Of a stretch of DNA of 64,000 nucleotides, positions 49,549 to 59,771 are shown piece after piece (within the stretch, counting starts at the first letter, position 1; each line of letters opens with the position of its first letter). The DNA is taken from the NCBI GenBank assembly GCA_050013255.1, contig JBEKFP010000002.1, positions 288,001-352,000 of the forward strand. The letters are read 5' to 3'. A program made the position numbers and the translations under genes. The DNA comes from Candidatus Bathyarchaeia archaeon. Its GTDB lineage: Archaea; Thermoproteota; Bathyarchaeia; 40CM-2-53-6. The notes under the pieces are model-generated. The model searched no databases and had not been told where the DNA came from. It was given only the letters and a program-made list of their open reading frames with translations.

Positions 49549-49998
49549 ACGGCTAGGCTTTACACGAGTAAGCGGGGCAAGTCAGGGTCAACTCGGCCCA
49601 TAAGCAAGAAAGCACCTGCCTGGTGCAAGTATACGCCCGAAGAGGTAGAAGCCCTAGTTCTCAAACTGTCTAAGGAAGGCAACTCGCCGAGCACCATCGG
49701 TATGCTCATGCGGGACCGTTACGCCGTACCCCTAGTGAAGTCGCTCACGGGAAAAAATGTGCGGGAGCTCTTACAAACCGCAAACCAAGCGGGGACACTT
49801 CCCGAGGACTTGAGCGCACTCCTGAAGAAGGCGGACCACCTTAGGCGGCACCTGGAGAAGAACAGGAAAGATTACGTTAACAAGCGTTCCTTGGCCATGA
49901 TCGAGTCGAAAGTTCACCGGCTCGTCAAGTACTACCGCGCCAAAGGACAACTGCCACCGCAGTGGGAATACAAACACGTCGTGGCGTCAGTGTCCTAA
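49549..49998 (+). CDS. rps15: Ribosomal protein S15 (uS15)
   Basis: ARLYTSKRGKSGSTRP, PEDL, HLEKN.KD, ESK..RL.KYY; start ACG 49549 or GTG 49540. Confidence 0.95.
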   Translation, partial: TARLYTSKRGKSGSTRPISKKAPAWCKYTPEEVEALVLKLSKEGNSPSTIGMLMRDRYAVPLVKSLTGKNVRELLQTANQAGTLPEDLSALLKKADHLRRHLEKNRKDYVNKRSLAMIESKVHRLVKYYRAKGQLPPQWEYKHVVASVS

Positions 49999-51446
49999 TG
50001 GCTTCAGAAGGTAACCGTGAGGCCTTCCTCGAACGCGCAAACGCAGTTGCTAACGTAGTCAAAGACAACATCCAAAAAGACTCCTTCTTCGTAGCCGTTT
50101 CACACCACGATGCAGACGGGCTATCTTCTGCAGGAATAATCGGCTCAGCCCTAGCCCGTGCCAACGCCAGGTTCACTCTGAGAATAGTCGAAGAACTGCG
50201 GGAAGAGCTTGTAGAAGAGATTTCAAAAACAAAACCTGACATTGCCATCTTCACGGACATTGGGAGCGGTTACTTAGATCTGTTGAACTCACACCTCGAA
50301 GCGAAGGCCGCAATAGTACTGGATCACCATCCCCCCAACGCCGAAGCACCCGGTCGAATTACACAGCTGAACCCGCACGAGTTCGGAATAGACGGAGCGA
50401 CGAAGGTTAGCGCGGCGGGCGTTACCTACCTTGTGACTCGTGCAATGTCTCCGGGCAACAAGGACTTGAGTGCGCTTGGAATCGTCGGCGCACTGGGCGA
50501 CATGCAAGACAAGAACGAGAAAAGGTCGCTAATGGGTTTGAACGAGATCCTCGTCGAAGACGCCGTTTCGTCGGGAAACGTCAAAGTAGACACAGACCTC
50601 GTCGTCTATGGGAGGGAAACACGGCCAATTCACAGGTCGTTAGCCTACACCACAACGCCCTACATGCCCAACCTAAGCGGCCGCGAAGACAACTGCCTAA
50701 CCCTCCTCTCGAACGCTGGAATCAGGTTGAAAGACGGGGACAGGTTCCGAACAATAGCCGACCTGACACAGGATGAAAAACAGAAATTACTCAACGCCAT
50801 CATGAGCCACCTCAACTCCATAGGGTTTCAGTCAAGCGTCGTCCTCGACATGGTCGGGAGCGTGTATACACTGGTAAATGAGCCCCCAGGTGGCCCAACG
50901 AGAGACGCAAGAGAGTTCTCAGCACTATTGAACGCGTGCGGCCGCACGGGAAATCCCTCCATAGGCGTCAGCGTAGGTATGGGCGACAGAAAGACCGCCC
51001 TAGACGAGGCCAACGAGGTAGTAACAACTTACCGGAAGACCCTTGCAACCTACATGGAATGGTTAACAAAATCCCCAGAGGCGATTCAGAAATTCAAAGT
51101 AATATGGGTCATTCGCGGCGAGAATCAAATCCAAGAGAGCATGACAGGCGCATTCTCCTCAATAATCTCCTCGGCAGGTAACCTCTCAGCCGATAATGCA
51201 ATAATCGTCCTGACCAAAGCCAAGGACGGCGGGATCAAACTCTCGGCTCGGGCCCCACCTAAACTTCTGAAAATGGGTATGAACCTGGGTTCCGCGCTGA
51301 GCACCACGGCCAAGAAATACTCCGGCTTTGGGGGAGGCCACAACGTCGCCGCCGGAGCCCACATAAAAGTCGACGAGCCCACGCAATTCCTACAAGAACT
51401 CGACCAAGCCCTTCTCGACCAGATGAAACAGAACCATGGAAGCTGA
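49998..51446 (+). CDS. RecJ/Cdc45-like DHH nuclease
   Basis: HHDADG, DIGSG, LDHH, GDMQD, GGGHNVAAGA; conserved S15-DHH-Pcc1-S3ae cluster. Confidence 0.9.
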   Translation: MASEGNREAFLERANAVANVVKDNIQKDSFFVAVSHHDADGLSSAGIIGSALARANARFTLRIVEELREELVEEISKTKPDIAIFTDIGSGYLDLLNSHLEAKAAIVLDHHPPNAEAPGRITQLNPHEFGIDGATKVSAAGVTYLVTRAMSPGNKDLSALGIVGALGDMQDKNEKRSLMGLNEILVEDAVSSGNVKVDTDLVVYGRETRPIHRSLAYTTTPYMPNLSGREDNCLTLLSNAGIRLKDGDRFRTIADLTQDEKQKLLNAIMSHLNSIGFQSSVVLDMVGSVYTLVNEPPGGPTRDAREFSALLNACGRTGNPSIGVSVGMGDRKTALDEANEVVTTYRKTLATYMEWLTKSPEAIQKFKVIWVIRGENQIQESMTGAFSSIISSAGNLSADNAIIVLTKAKDGGIKLSARAPPKLLKMGMNLGSALSTTAKKYSGFGGGHNVAAGAHIKVDEPTQFLQELDQALLDQMKQNHGS

Positions 51447-51693
51447 AATTTCACTTCAATACCCCTCCGCCCTTTTCGCAAAGAGCGTTATGAAGGGCAT
51501 ATTACCCGAAAACAAACTACCCGACCGACGTATGCAACTTCACGCCAACGTCCGCGGAAAAACGCTGAAAGTCACTGTGAAGCGCTGCGAGAGAATCGAA
51601 ACATTGCAAGCCACGGTCCAAGATATTTTCCGTTGCATACGCGCCGCCGAATCTTCCCTCATGAAACTCTCGCCTTCTCGGCAGTCTCAGTGA
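51436..51693 (+). CDS. pcc1: KEOPS subunit Pcc1
   Basis: 85 aa, A..V...I.PEN, TLQAT..D; gene context. Confidence 0.75.
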   Translation: MEAEISLQYPSALFAKSVMKGILPENKLPDRRMQLHANVRGKTLKVTVKRCERIETLQATVQDIFRCIRAAESSLMKLSPSRQSQ

Positions 51694-51776
51694 AGACCGC
51701 GTAAATCCTGCTCTGAACGCTTTAAATACTGCCCAACGGGTAGGTTGCTGAATTCCGAGGTTACGGTGGAAAATCG

Positions 51777-52442
51777 TTGTCTAAAGCCACGAGAAAGGTT
51801 AGGGACAAGTGGAGGCTGAAGGAATGGTACGACGTTTACAGCCCCTCATACTTCGGAGAAAATCTTGTTGCTAGCATACCATGTGAAATCCCGGCCGCAA
51901 TAATAGGTCGAGTTGTCGAAACCACACTCTACGACATAACGAACGATTTCGCCCACCAATCAATCAAATTATACTTCCTAGTCGTGAACGCACAAGACCA
52001 CAGGGCAACTACGATTCTGAAATCACACGAATATGCAACCGACTACCTCCGCAGCCTAGTCCGGCGCGGCAGCACTCGAATGGACGGAATCTTCACCGCG
52101 ACTACGAGGGACCAATACTCCTCAAGAATTTCGATTGTGGCCTTCACCCGGGACAGGATAAAAGCGTCACAGGAGCATGGCGTTCGACAGATTATGCGGC
52201 AGATTGTTGAAGACAAAGCCACGAACCTAAACTACGACCAGCTAGCCCAAGAGACTGTCCTCGGCAAACTGGGGTCGGACATCTACAACCTTGCGAAGAA
52301 AATCGCACCCCTAAGGCACGTGGGCGTTAGAAAATCGAGGCTAGTCTCGATTCCGGCAGGGGTTATCGCAACCGCCGCCCAAGTCACCGAACAAGCCAAA
52401 GCAGCTAGTGTGGCTAGTCCGGCGGCACAGCCTAACGCGTAG
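51777..52442 (+). CDS. rps3ae: Ribosomal protein S3Ae (eS1)
   Basis: DKWRLKEWY, GRVVETTLYDIT, DYLRSLVRRG, IAPLR.V..RK. Confidence 0.95.
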   Translation: MSKATRKVRDKWRLKEWYDVYSPSYFGENLVASIPCEIPAAIIGRVVETTLYDITNDFAHQSIKLYFLVVNAQDHRATTILKSHEYATDYLRSLVRRGSTRMDGIFTATTRDQYSSRISIVAFTRDRIKASQEHGVRQIMRQIVEDKATNLNYDQLAQETVLGKLGSDIYNLAKKIAPLRHVGVRKSRLVSIPAGVIATAAQVTEQAKAASVASPAAQPNA

Positions 52443-52710
52443 TCCTCTTATACATTCGCTTAATCTCCTCTTGTATCTCGTCCAGGTCGCGTTGCAATTC
52501 ATCCACCTTCATCTTCGCAGCGCTGTCAATGCTATCGCTCCCGCCTGAACTCGAAACCACATTGGTCAACTGATCAGCTTTGCTCGTTGCAAGGCGCAAC
52601 TTTTCCTGAATGTCTGCGGTCCTCTCAAGGCCATAAACGAAACCAGCTAAACCTGCAGTCAGGGCGCCCGCAGCCACACCGGCTATGAAAGAAAAAACGT
52701 CAAAAACCAT
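52432..52710 (-). CDS. Small membrane-anchored coiled-coil protein
   Basis: N-terminal TM plus coiled coil. Confidence 0.6.
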   Translation of the reverse strand: MVFDVFSFIAGVAAGALTAGLAGFVYGLERTADIQEKLRLATSKADQLTNVVSSSGGSDSIDSAAKMKVDELQRDLDEIQEEIKRMYKRTTR

Positions 52711-52819
52711 AATCGCCACACAACACCAACCCAATCCATGCAATATATGCTAATTTAAAGCGCTAAGCCACCATAACCCAAATTGAAGCTAACGCTAACG
52801 AGTGGTAGTGTGGCGCAGT

Positions 52820-54100
52820 ATGAAGGCAGTTGTTCTGGCTGCGGGAGAAGGGACACGAATGTGGCCACTCGCAGCAACAAAACCAAAACACCTACTCCCA
52901 GTCGCTGGAAAACCAATCATCTCATACATTCTCCAAGCACTCACTGACAACTCTGTAAGAGATATCCTAATGGTCGTCGGCTTCAAAGGCGACCAGATCG
53001 AATCAGCCCTAGGCGACGGCGCACACTACGGCGTCCACATCGAGTACCTAAACCAACCACGCTGGACTGGAACGGCGTCCGCGCTCAAAGTTGCCCACGC
53101 TGCGGTGGGAGACGAACCCTTCCTCGCAATATATGGGGACCTCTGGGTAAGCTCAGCAGCTATCCAGGCAGTTGTTGAAAAATCTCAGGAATCCTCCAAG
53201 GTCATGGGGGTCGTCCGCGTAGAGAACCCTTCCGAATTCGGGGTTGTAACCCTCCGTGGTGAAAGGCTTGCTGCAATCCGTGAAAAGCCTTCAAAATCAC
53301 GCCAAACTGAAGGCTGGGTAAACTCTGGCATATACGTCCTAGACCAGGAAGTCTTCGCGGCCGTAGAGAAAACTCCCAAGTCCAGGAGAGCGGAGTACGA
53401 ACTGACCAGTTCCCTACAACAATTGCTCGACGAAGGGAAGGAGGTTATGGGCGCAGTCATTGCACGGGAAGATTGGATGGATGTCGGCAGGCCCTGGGAC
53501 CTCCTCGAAGCCAATGAGAGAGTCCTAGCGAACTTACCACACCGAGTAAATGGAACGGTTGAACAAGGCGCGGTTCTAAAGGGCCCTATCTGGCTCGAGG
53601 AGAGCGCATCAATCAAATCGGGCAGTTACATTGAAGGACCCGTATACATCGGCAAAGAGAGCAGAGTCGGGCCCAACGCGAGAATTCGTCCCTCCACAAG
53701 TATTGAAGACAACGTCCTTGTGGGGACATCCTGCGAAGTCAAGAATAGCCTAATCATGGCCGGGACGAGGGTCCCACACCTCTCCTACATCGGTGACAGC
53801 ATAATCGGCGAAAACTGCAACCTAGCTGCCGGAACCATAACCGCAAACATACGCCTAGACCAAAGGGTACTCAGTTTGAAGGTTAAGGGTCAATTGCAGA
53901 GTACGGGAAGGAAGAAGCTCGGCGTCATAATGGGTGATGAAGTTCAAACGGGAATCAATGCAAACACCATGCCAGGCGTCAGAATAGGATCAGGCTCGTA
54001 CGTCGGCCCTGGTACGATTATTCTGAAAGATGTTCCGTCTGGACAGATAGTGTTCGTGAAGCAACCGCTCGTGAAAAAACCTGCGGGTAAGCGCAAGTAG
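52820..54100 (+). CDS. glmU: Bifunctional sugar-1-phosphate nucleotidylyltransferase/acetyltransferase (GlmU-like)
   Basis: LAAGEGTRM.PL...PK, hexapeptide repeats, HLSYIGDS. Confidence 0.9.
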   Translation: MKAVVLAAGEGTRMWPLAATKPKHLLPVAGKPIISYILQALTDNSVRDILMVVGFKGDQIESALGDGAHYGVHIEYLNQPRWTGTASALKVAHAAVGDEPFLAIYGDLWVSSAAIQAVVEKSQESSKVMGVVRVENPSEFGVVTLRGERLAAIREKPSKSRQTEGWVNSGIYVLDQEVFAAVEKTPKSRRAEYELTSSLQQLLDEGKEVMGAVIAREDWMDVGRPWDLLEANERVLANLPHRVNGTVEQGAVLKGPIWLEESASIKSGSYIEGPVYIGKESRVGPNARIRPSTSIEDNVLVGTSCEVKNSLIMAGTRVPHLSYIGDSIIGENCNLAAGTITANIRLDQRVLSLKVKGQLQSTGRKKLGVIMGDEVQTGINANTMPGVRIGSGSYVGPGTIILKDVPSGQIVFVKQPLVKKPAGKRK

Positions 54101-54119
54101 GCAAGCTTTCCTTTTCGCG

Positions 54120-55331
54120 CTAGGCATGTCTCTTAGCGCTCACAATTGAAATTACGTCTCTGTCCTTTAAGACATATTCATCTGAAACTCGCATCTTCGA
54201 CCTGACCTCAGTCGCGTACAGGAATCCTGCTGCGAGATCAGAATGGATCATTCCCGCGAACTGTTTCGCGGTTGTCCCGTATGGCACGAGGTACGCGTCT
54301 GGGAGAACCCTGCCTTTGTGGTCGGTGAGCTTTTCCGGGTCCTCTACCGGGTACACCGTAACCATCTGGAGCAGTTTGAAGAAGGCCAAGTTTAACGCTT
54401 CCTGAACTCCGGTCGAGCCTAGCGGAATGAGGACCTTCTCCTTGATTCTCGTCAGGGCGTTGACCTGTTCGGGTGAAAGCTTGCTCTTATCGCTGATTCC
54501 GAAATTGCCATCGCCTGGGACGTAGGATATGATGTCCTTCTCTGCAGCCCTTCTCAGGGCAAGTTCGGCTTCGGCGCAACAGGGAACAACCATGTAGCCC
54601 ATTGATCGCAACGCTTCCAAGTTCTTCTCAGCCGGTGGGACATCCATCTTGTTGGCTGCGATTAGGAGGGGTTTCGAATCCTTACGAAGCTCGGTGATGA
54701 GGCTGAGAAGGTTCTCGTCGGACCAGGCGCTAGGTTTCTCGAAGTTGAGTTTGGTTTTGGTCTTGGCTGAGAGCAAGTGGGCCTTGCGAATTCCAAGTCC
54801 GCTCAGTTTCTCTTCTAGGGTCAGCAGAAGGTCGCCTTTGGCTCCTTCAACCTCCCTGACGGCGCGGGCCCATTCTTTCTTGACGATCTGCAGAATCCAC
54901 ATGTCCAGTTCATGTTCAAGAAAATGCACATCTTCCTTGGGGTCGTGGGTTCCTGGGTCGCATGGCTTTCCTTCAGAATCGGTTCCACCCGAGGCGTCTA
55001 CGACATGGATGAGTGCATCTGCTTGGCGAATTTCATCTAGAAACTGGTTCCCTAGGCCTCGGCCCTGCCATGCACCTGGAACTAGGCCGGCGCAGTCAAC
55101 GATTTCGACTGGGACCAGCCGTATGGAATTGACGCAGGTGGAGTTGCCGGGCGAGTCGGTGACATTGAATTCAGTGTGTACGCAGGGCGTTCTGACGTAT
55201 CCCATGCCGATGTTGGGCTTTATCGTTGTGAAGGGATAGTTGGCGATCGGGACATGCGCTAGAGTGGCGGCACTGAAGAATGTGCTTTTCCCTACGTTGG
55301 GTTTCCCAACGACACCGACGATGCGTGGCAA
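54120..55331 (-). CDS. ychF: YchF/Ola1 family translation-associated NTPase
   Basis: GKPNVGKST, NYPFTTI, DCAGLV, NKMD, TGS domain. Confidence 0.93.
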   Translation of the reverse strand: MPRIVGVVGKPNVGKSTFFSAATLAHVPIANYPFTTIKPNIGMGYVRTPCVHTEFNVTDSPGNSTCVNSIRLVPVEIVDCAGLVPGAWQGRGLGNQFLDEIRQADALIHVVDASGGTDSEGKPCDPGTHDPKEDVHFLEHELDMWILQIVKKEWARAVREVEGAKGDLLLTLEEKLSGLGIRKAHLLSAKTKTKLNFEKPSAWSDENLLSLITELRKDSKPLLIAANKMDVPPAEKNLEALRSMGYMVVPCCAEAELALRRAAEKDIISYVPGDGNFGISDKSKLSPEQVNALTRIKEKVLIPLGSTGVQEALNLAFFKLLQMVTVYPVEDPEKLTDHKGRVLPDAYLVPYGTTAKQFAGMIHSDLAAGFLYATEVRSKMRVSDEYVLKDRDVISIVSAKRHA

Positions 55332-55353
55332 ATGCGAATTTCCTAAGGCGCCT

Positions 55354-56040
55354 CTAGCTGCCTGGGGGGAGGCCGGTTATCCGAATTCCTGCATTTTTGA
55401 CCTTATAACGAATATTGATGCCGATTAGGAGGGCAGTAATTTGTTCCACTATTCGTGAATTCTCCAAGCGGCCTCCATCTATGGCCCTAACGCCAGGTAT
55501 TTTCATCGCAAGGTCCATGGCGACCTTTCTGACCTCTTGAGAATCGCCGCATACTATGACATCCGAATCCACATCACGGCTGATGTCCTGCAATGACTCT
55601 GCGACTACGTTGTGGAATGCGGACGCGATCTTCGTGTGCGGCGGGAGCAGTTTGGCCGCCTGTTGCGCGGCTGAGCCTTCCCAGACTCCGAGCGCTGTCG
55701 ACGCGCCCCCTCCCACGGCTGTGGAGAGTGGGACTACGACGTCTACGAAGACATCGTCCGGTTTGATGCTGTCATGAACTGACTTTATCATATCCACGTG
55801 GGCTGCGAAGGGGACCGACATGACGATTATGTCCGCTGCAGCTGCTGCCTTCGGGTTTTCCATACCTGAAACTGAACCTTTTCCCCCAAGGGCATCCCGA
55901 GCCCTCTTGGCAGCGTCCTCGGCTTTCTGCTGCTGCCTTGACCCAATGATGATTGTTTCCCCCGCCTTGGCCCAACGAAGGACCAATCCAAAACCTTGAT
56001 CGCCTGTTCCACCGATTACTGCTATGGTTCGATTAGGCAT
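55354..56040 (-). CDS. npdG: F420-dependent NADP+ oxidoreductase
   Basis: GGTGDQG.GL, IIGSR, GSAAQ, AFHN, E.ITALLI.IN. Confidence 0.9.
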   Translation of the reverse strand: MPNRTIAVIGGTGDQGFGLVLRWAKAGETIIIGSRQQQKAEDAAKRARDALGGKGSVSGMENPKAAAAADIIVMSVPFAAHVDMIKSVHDSIKPDDVFVDVVVPLSTAVGGGASTALGVWEGSAAQQAAKLLPPHTKIASAFHNVVAESLQDISRDVDSDVIVCGDSQEVRKVAMDLAMKIPGVRAIDGGRLENSRIVEQITALLIGINIRYKVKNAGIRITGLPPGS

Positions 56041-56128
56041 TGTCTAAGGCACCGTGAAATTCTTGGCAGTAGAATACGGGATTAAAGGCTAGCTCCCCAA
56101 GTCCAGAAATGGAACGTTCCACTTCAAC

Positions 56129-57463
56129 TCAGGTTGGAAACTCTTGAATGAACCCGCCCCTCATCATATACCGCGCTTGTTCGCGCGCGCGTTTGATGAT
56201 CGACCTAGCGCCCGTGTACACTTCCTCATGACTACGCTTTAGTCTCGCAACTCCTTGCTCAATCGCCTTCTCAGCAACCGCGGTTGCCTCACGCGGGAAT
56301 ACTTCCCAATCATCCATGGTGGGAATGATGTTCTTCGCTGATAGTCCTCGCTCCTCTGCTAATTTAGCGAGTTCAAACGCCGCTGCTAAACACATTTCAT
56401 CAGTGATCGTTCGTGCTCGAATGTCAATTGTTCCTCTGAATATTCCGGGGAAGCCGAGTGAGTTGTTGAGTTGGTTAGGGAAATCGGAACGGCCGGTAGC
56501 GACAACCGCGGCACCTCCTTCTTCCGCCTCCCACGGCCAAATTTCTGGAATCGGGTTGGCGCACGCGAAGACAATGGCGTCTTTGCTCATCCTGGAAACC
56601 TGTTCCTTCTTCAGCACTCCCGGCCCTGGCGTGGATAGGGCGATGCAAGCATCAGTCCCATCCATAGCTGCGTCCACGCCTCCTTCCTTTCCTTCTGAGT
56701 TAGTGGTTTGGCAAAGTTTCCATTTCTTTGGCGAAGTATTTTCGAGGTCTTTTCTATTACGGTGCAATATACCCTTACTATCAACGAGTATGAGGTTGTC
56801 CGCTTTTGCTCCAGCCAAGACCATAAGACGGGCGAGGGCAACGTTTGCAGCTCCTGCCCCGATCATTGATACTTTAACCTCGGACATCTTCTTTCCTACA
56901 ACTTTGAGCGCATTGACGAAACCCGCTAGAACTACGGTGGCGGTTCCTTGTTGGTCGTCGTGCCAGACGGGAATATCGAGTTGGCCTTGAAGGGCATCGA
57001 GCACCTCAAAACACTTCGGTTGAGCGATGTCCTCTAGGTTGATTCCGCCAAACGAGGGCTGTATCCATTTAACAGCCGAAACGATTTCTTCGACCTTCTT
57101 GGTTCCAAGGCAGATCGGAAAGGCATCGATGCCGCCAAGGTACTTGTACAGCAAGGCTTTTCCCTCCATTACGGGGAGTCCCGCCTCCGGCCCAATGTCG
57201 CCTAGGCCAAGAATTCTTGAGCCATCAGTCACAATGGCTATTGTGTTCCACTTGTTTGTGTTCTCGTAGACAGCTTCCGGCCTAGACTTGATTGCCTCGC
57301 AAGCTTCGGCAACGCCGGGTGTGTACCAAATCGCGAAGTCGTCAAAGGTGCGGATCGGGCACTTCGGAACAATCTCAATTTTTCCGCGGTAAAACGGGTG
57401 GTACTTTAGCGCGAGTTGTGCGGGTAGGTATGCTTTCCTTAATGATTCGTCGGTTGGTTTCAT
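56129..57463 (-). CDS. NAD(P)-dependent malic enzyme
   Basis: YTPGVA, ILGLGDIG, PVMEGK, INLEDI, HDDQQGT, GAGAA, ANP.PEI. Confidence 0.93.
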   Translation of the reverse strand: MKPTDESLRKAYLPAQLALKYHPFYRGKIEIVPKCPIRTFDDFAIWYTPGVAEACEAIKSRPEAVYENTNKWNTIAIVTDGSRILGLGDIGPEAGLPVMEGKALLYKYLGGIDAFPICLGTKKVEEIVSAVKWIQPSFGGINLEDIAQPKCFEVLDALQGQLDIPVWHDDQQGTATVVLAGFVNALKVVGKKMSEVKVSMIGAGAANVALARLMVLAGAKADNLILVDSKGILHRNRKDLENTSPKKWKLCQTTNSEGKEGGVDAAMDGTDACIALSTPGPGVLKKEQVSRMSKDAIVFACANPIPEIWPWEAEEGGAAVVATGRSDFPNQLNNSLGFPGIFRGTIDIRARTITDEMCLAAAFELAKLAEERGLSAKNIIPTMDDWEVFPREATAVAEKAIEQGVARLKRSHEEVYTGARSIIKRAREQARYMMRGGFIQEFPT

Positions 57464-57591
57464 TCCTCAACTTCCTCCCATAGTCTGCAAGCCACTTAAA
57501 TAGCAGCACTACTCTCAAACTGCCGGAAGCTCAAAGAAAAACACCTTTCGTCTTAAAGCTTCACAAAAATCGGTTGCGGTCGAAATATCCC

Positions 57592-58023
57592 ATGGGCACA
57601 TACAAGTACTTGGCTGAAACTTGGAACCAGCGAAAGAAAGCCGACCTACAGTTGTATCTTCGGCAACTCGCCATAAAATGGAGAAGGGAACCCACAGTCC
57701 ACAGAGTTGAACACCCAACAAGACTTGACCGAGCCAGGGCTCTTGGCTACAAGGCCAAGCAAGGGTACGTTGTGGTTCGCGTGCGCATAAGAAAAGGAGG
57801 CGCCCGAAAGCCGCGCCCAAGATCAGGTCGTAGGCAGAAAGCCTTGGGCGTAACAAGGTACACTAGAGCTATGAGTCTGAGGAACATTGCTGAAGAAAAA
57901 GCAAAGAAAAAGTACCCAAACCTTCGAGTCATGAACTCGTATTACGTTTGGGAAGACGGGAGGCATCACTGGTTTGAAACCATACTCCGTGACCCACACA
58001 ATCCCTCCTCAGCAATCGCGTAA
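57592..58023 (+). CDS. rpl15e: Ribosomal protein L15e (short form)
   Basis: PTRLDRARALGYKAKQG, NSYYVWEDG. Confidence 0.95.
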   Translation: MGTYKYLAETWNQRKKADLQLYLRQLAIKWRREPTVHRVEHPTRLDRARALGYKAKQGYVVVRVRIRKGGARKPRPRSGRRQKALGVTRYTRAMSLRNIAEEKAKKKYPNLRVMNSYYVWEDGRHHWFETILRDPHNPSSAIA

Positions 58024-58089
58024 AAAAGTTAAACGGACCCTCATTCGAAAGTTAGGTTCACTCGTCCACCGTTTAGGGACGCGGCCACA

Positions 58090-58890
58090 TTGCATAAGCC
58101 GCTAATCGTCATAAAACTAGGGGGCTCCGCCCTCACCGACAAGACAAGAATCTACACACCACGAATCCCCATAATTCACAGCGCCGCCAGCCAGGTCGCG
58201 GAAATTCGTAAAGATTGCTCAGTTATCCTCATACACGGGGCTGGAAGCTACGGCCACATCCCAGTCAGAAAATACGGGCTCCAACAGGGTTGGAAGAGCC
58301 CCAAGCAACTCAGAGGCTTGAGCTCAACAAAGTTCAAGCTCCTAGAGTGGGAAAACCTACTCGATGAAATACTCCTAGAACACGGGGTGCCCGTGATGCC
58401 TTTTCTTGCTTCCGATTTCTTCGTCACAGAAAAAGGAAGAATCGTTTCAGCGTGGTTAAAACCGTTAGCGAGTTGGCTGCGTTTAGGTTGCGTTCCTATC
58501 ACGGGGGGCGACATAGTACCGGACAGTAGGAACGGCTTCTCAATACTCTCCGGCGATCAAATCGCCGCGTTCATTGCTATCAGACTGAAGGCGACAAGAT
58601 TGATCTACGCTGTCGACGTCGATGGAGTATTCAACGCCAACCCAACCCTTGACTCTAATGCGCAACTTCTGGAAACCCTTACGCCATCCTTCGCCCGCCG
58701 CCTTGTTTCGAGAGCGATGTCGGCGACGACGCCTGACGTTACTGGGGGAATGGCGGGAAAAATCAGCGAATCCCTCTCCGCAACGCGTCATCGCATACCT
58801 GTTTACTTCGTGAACTTGACTAAGAGTGGTAGGCTACGCAAGGCTGCGTTAGGGCAAAAGGTCACCAGTTCTAGGCTCATACTGCGCTGA
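58090..58890 (+). CDS. Isopentenyl phosphate kinase
   Basis: KLGGSALTDK, HGAGSYGH, SGDQ, DVDGV, DVTGGM.GK. Confidence 0.88.
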   Translation: MHKPLIVIKLGGSALTDKTRIYTPRIPIIHSAASQVAEIRKDCSVILIHGAGSYGHIPVRKYGLQQGWKSPKQLRGLSSTKFKLLEWENLLDEILLEHGVPVMPFLASDFFVTEKGRIVSAWLKPLASWLRLGCVPITGGDIVPDSRNGFSILSGDQIAAFIAIRLKATRLIYAVDVDGVFNANPTLDSNAQLLETLTPSFARRLVSRAMSATTPDVTGGMAGKISESLSATRHRIPVYFVNLTKSGRLRKAALGQKVTSSRLILR

Positions 58891-58893
58891 GTG

Positions 58894-59256
58894 TTAGAGC
58901 AGGGGAAGGTCGCCTGTTATCTTGTCGACAAGCTCTGCCGGCGCCGGACCTATACCCACGCATGTAGCAGTGCCGGGTTCCACCTGGGTTAGGCCGCTAT
59001 CGTGGATTATAGCTGAAGCCAGACCTAATTCCTCGGCGCTCTTTCGTAGGTCCATTAATTTGCTTTCAGAATTCACCTTTACTACAACCTTAGCCTGCCC
59101 CTCGTGGAACCATTCTCTCCACCAGTCGGGGTGCTGCTTGCGGGTCTCCTCAGCAACTGTGACTGCAGCATGTCCAACCTGTACAGCAATCTTACCTTTG
59201 CCCATCTCCAAGTCGCGCCTCACTGCAACCACGAGTTTATACTTGAAATCCGGCGT
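58894..59256 (-). CDS. pth2: Peptidyl-tRNA hydrolase Pth2
   Basis: FKYKLVVAVRRDLEMGKGK.AVQVGHA, DSGLTQ, GIGP; 5' end ambiguous (ACG 59256 or spliced from ATG 59285). Confidence 0.92.
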   Translation of the reverse strand, partial: TPDFKYKLVVAVRRDLEMGKGKIAVQVGHAAVTVAEETRKQHPDWWREWFHEGQAKVVVKVNSESKLMDLRKSAEELGLASAIIHDSGLTQVEPGTATCVGIGPAPAELVDKITGDLPLL

Positions 59257-59326
59257 AGCCGAAACCCCGCCTTTAATTCAGCCATGTGGCAAATAAGTGC
59301 AAACAAGGGGCGCCAGGTGCCGAAAA

Positions 59327-59770
59327 TTGAGTGTACATGCCGTTCAGTCCGTTGAGATTAGCGCTATCGCCCACGCGACTGACGATCTCGAGAAGGTTCA
59401 GGCTGCGCTTACAACTATCTTGCCTGAATCTTTGAAGGGCCGGCAACTGTTCACAAGAAGGTATCTGGAAGGGCATTACAGAAATCCTATCACAACTTTT
59501 GAGGCAAGGCTCACCAAACCCGCAGATGTTGAAGTGTTCACCAGCAACTTCTTTCGTCAGTTATCGAAGAGCGAAAAGCTCCGAATCGAAAGAGATCTCG
59601 CACTCCATTCCGATCCGGAAGGCAACCTTTACGTCCGAATCGATAAACAGAGAGCGTTTCGTGGAATAATCGAACTAGGGGAGGAAGACCCAATCCGTAT
59701 CCGATTGAAGTTCAATCGTCTAAGCGGCGAAGTTACGCAACTCATGAAGGTAGCCCTGGAGGCAGAGTAA
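59327..59770 (+). CDS. DUF54-type RNA-binding protein
   Basis: HATDD.EKV, GHY.NPI, LYVRIDKQ. Confidence 0.8.
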   Translation: MSVHAVQSVEISAIAHATDDLEKVQAALTTILPESLKGRQLFTRRYLEGHYRNPITTFEARLTKPADVEVFTSNFFRQLSKSEKLRIERDLALHSDPEGNLYVRIDKQRAFRGIIELGEEDPIRIRLKFNRLSGEVTQLMKVALEAE

Positions 59771-59771
59771 C

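Noticed and set aside
57592-58090. Short L15e as a split or intron-containing gene
   Set aside because: No downstream GRxFRGLT exon is visible, and short L15e forms occur in other TACK archaea
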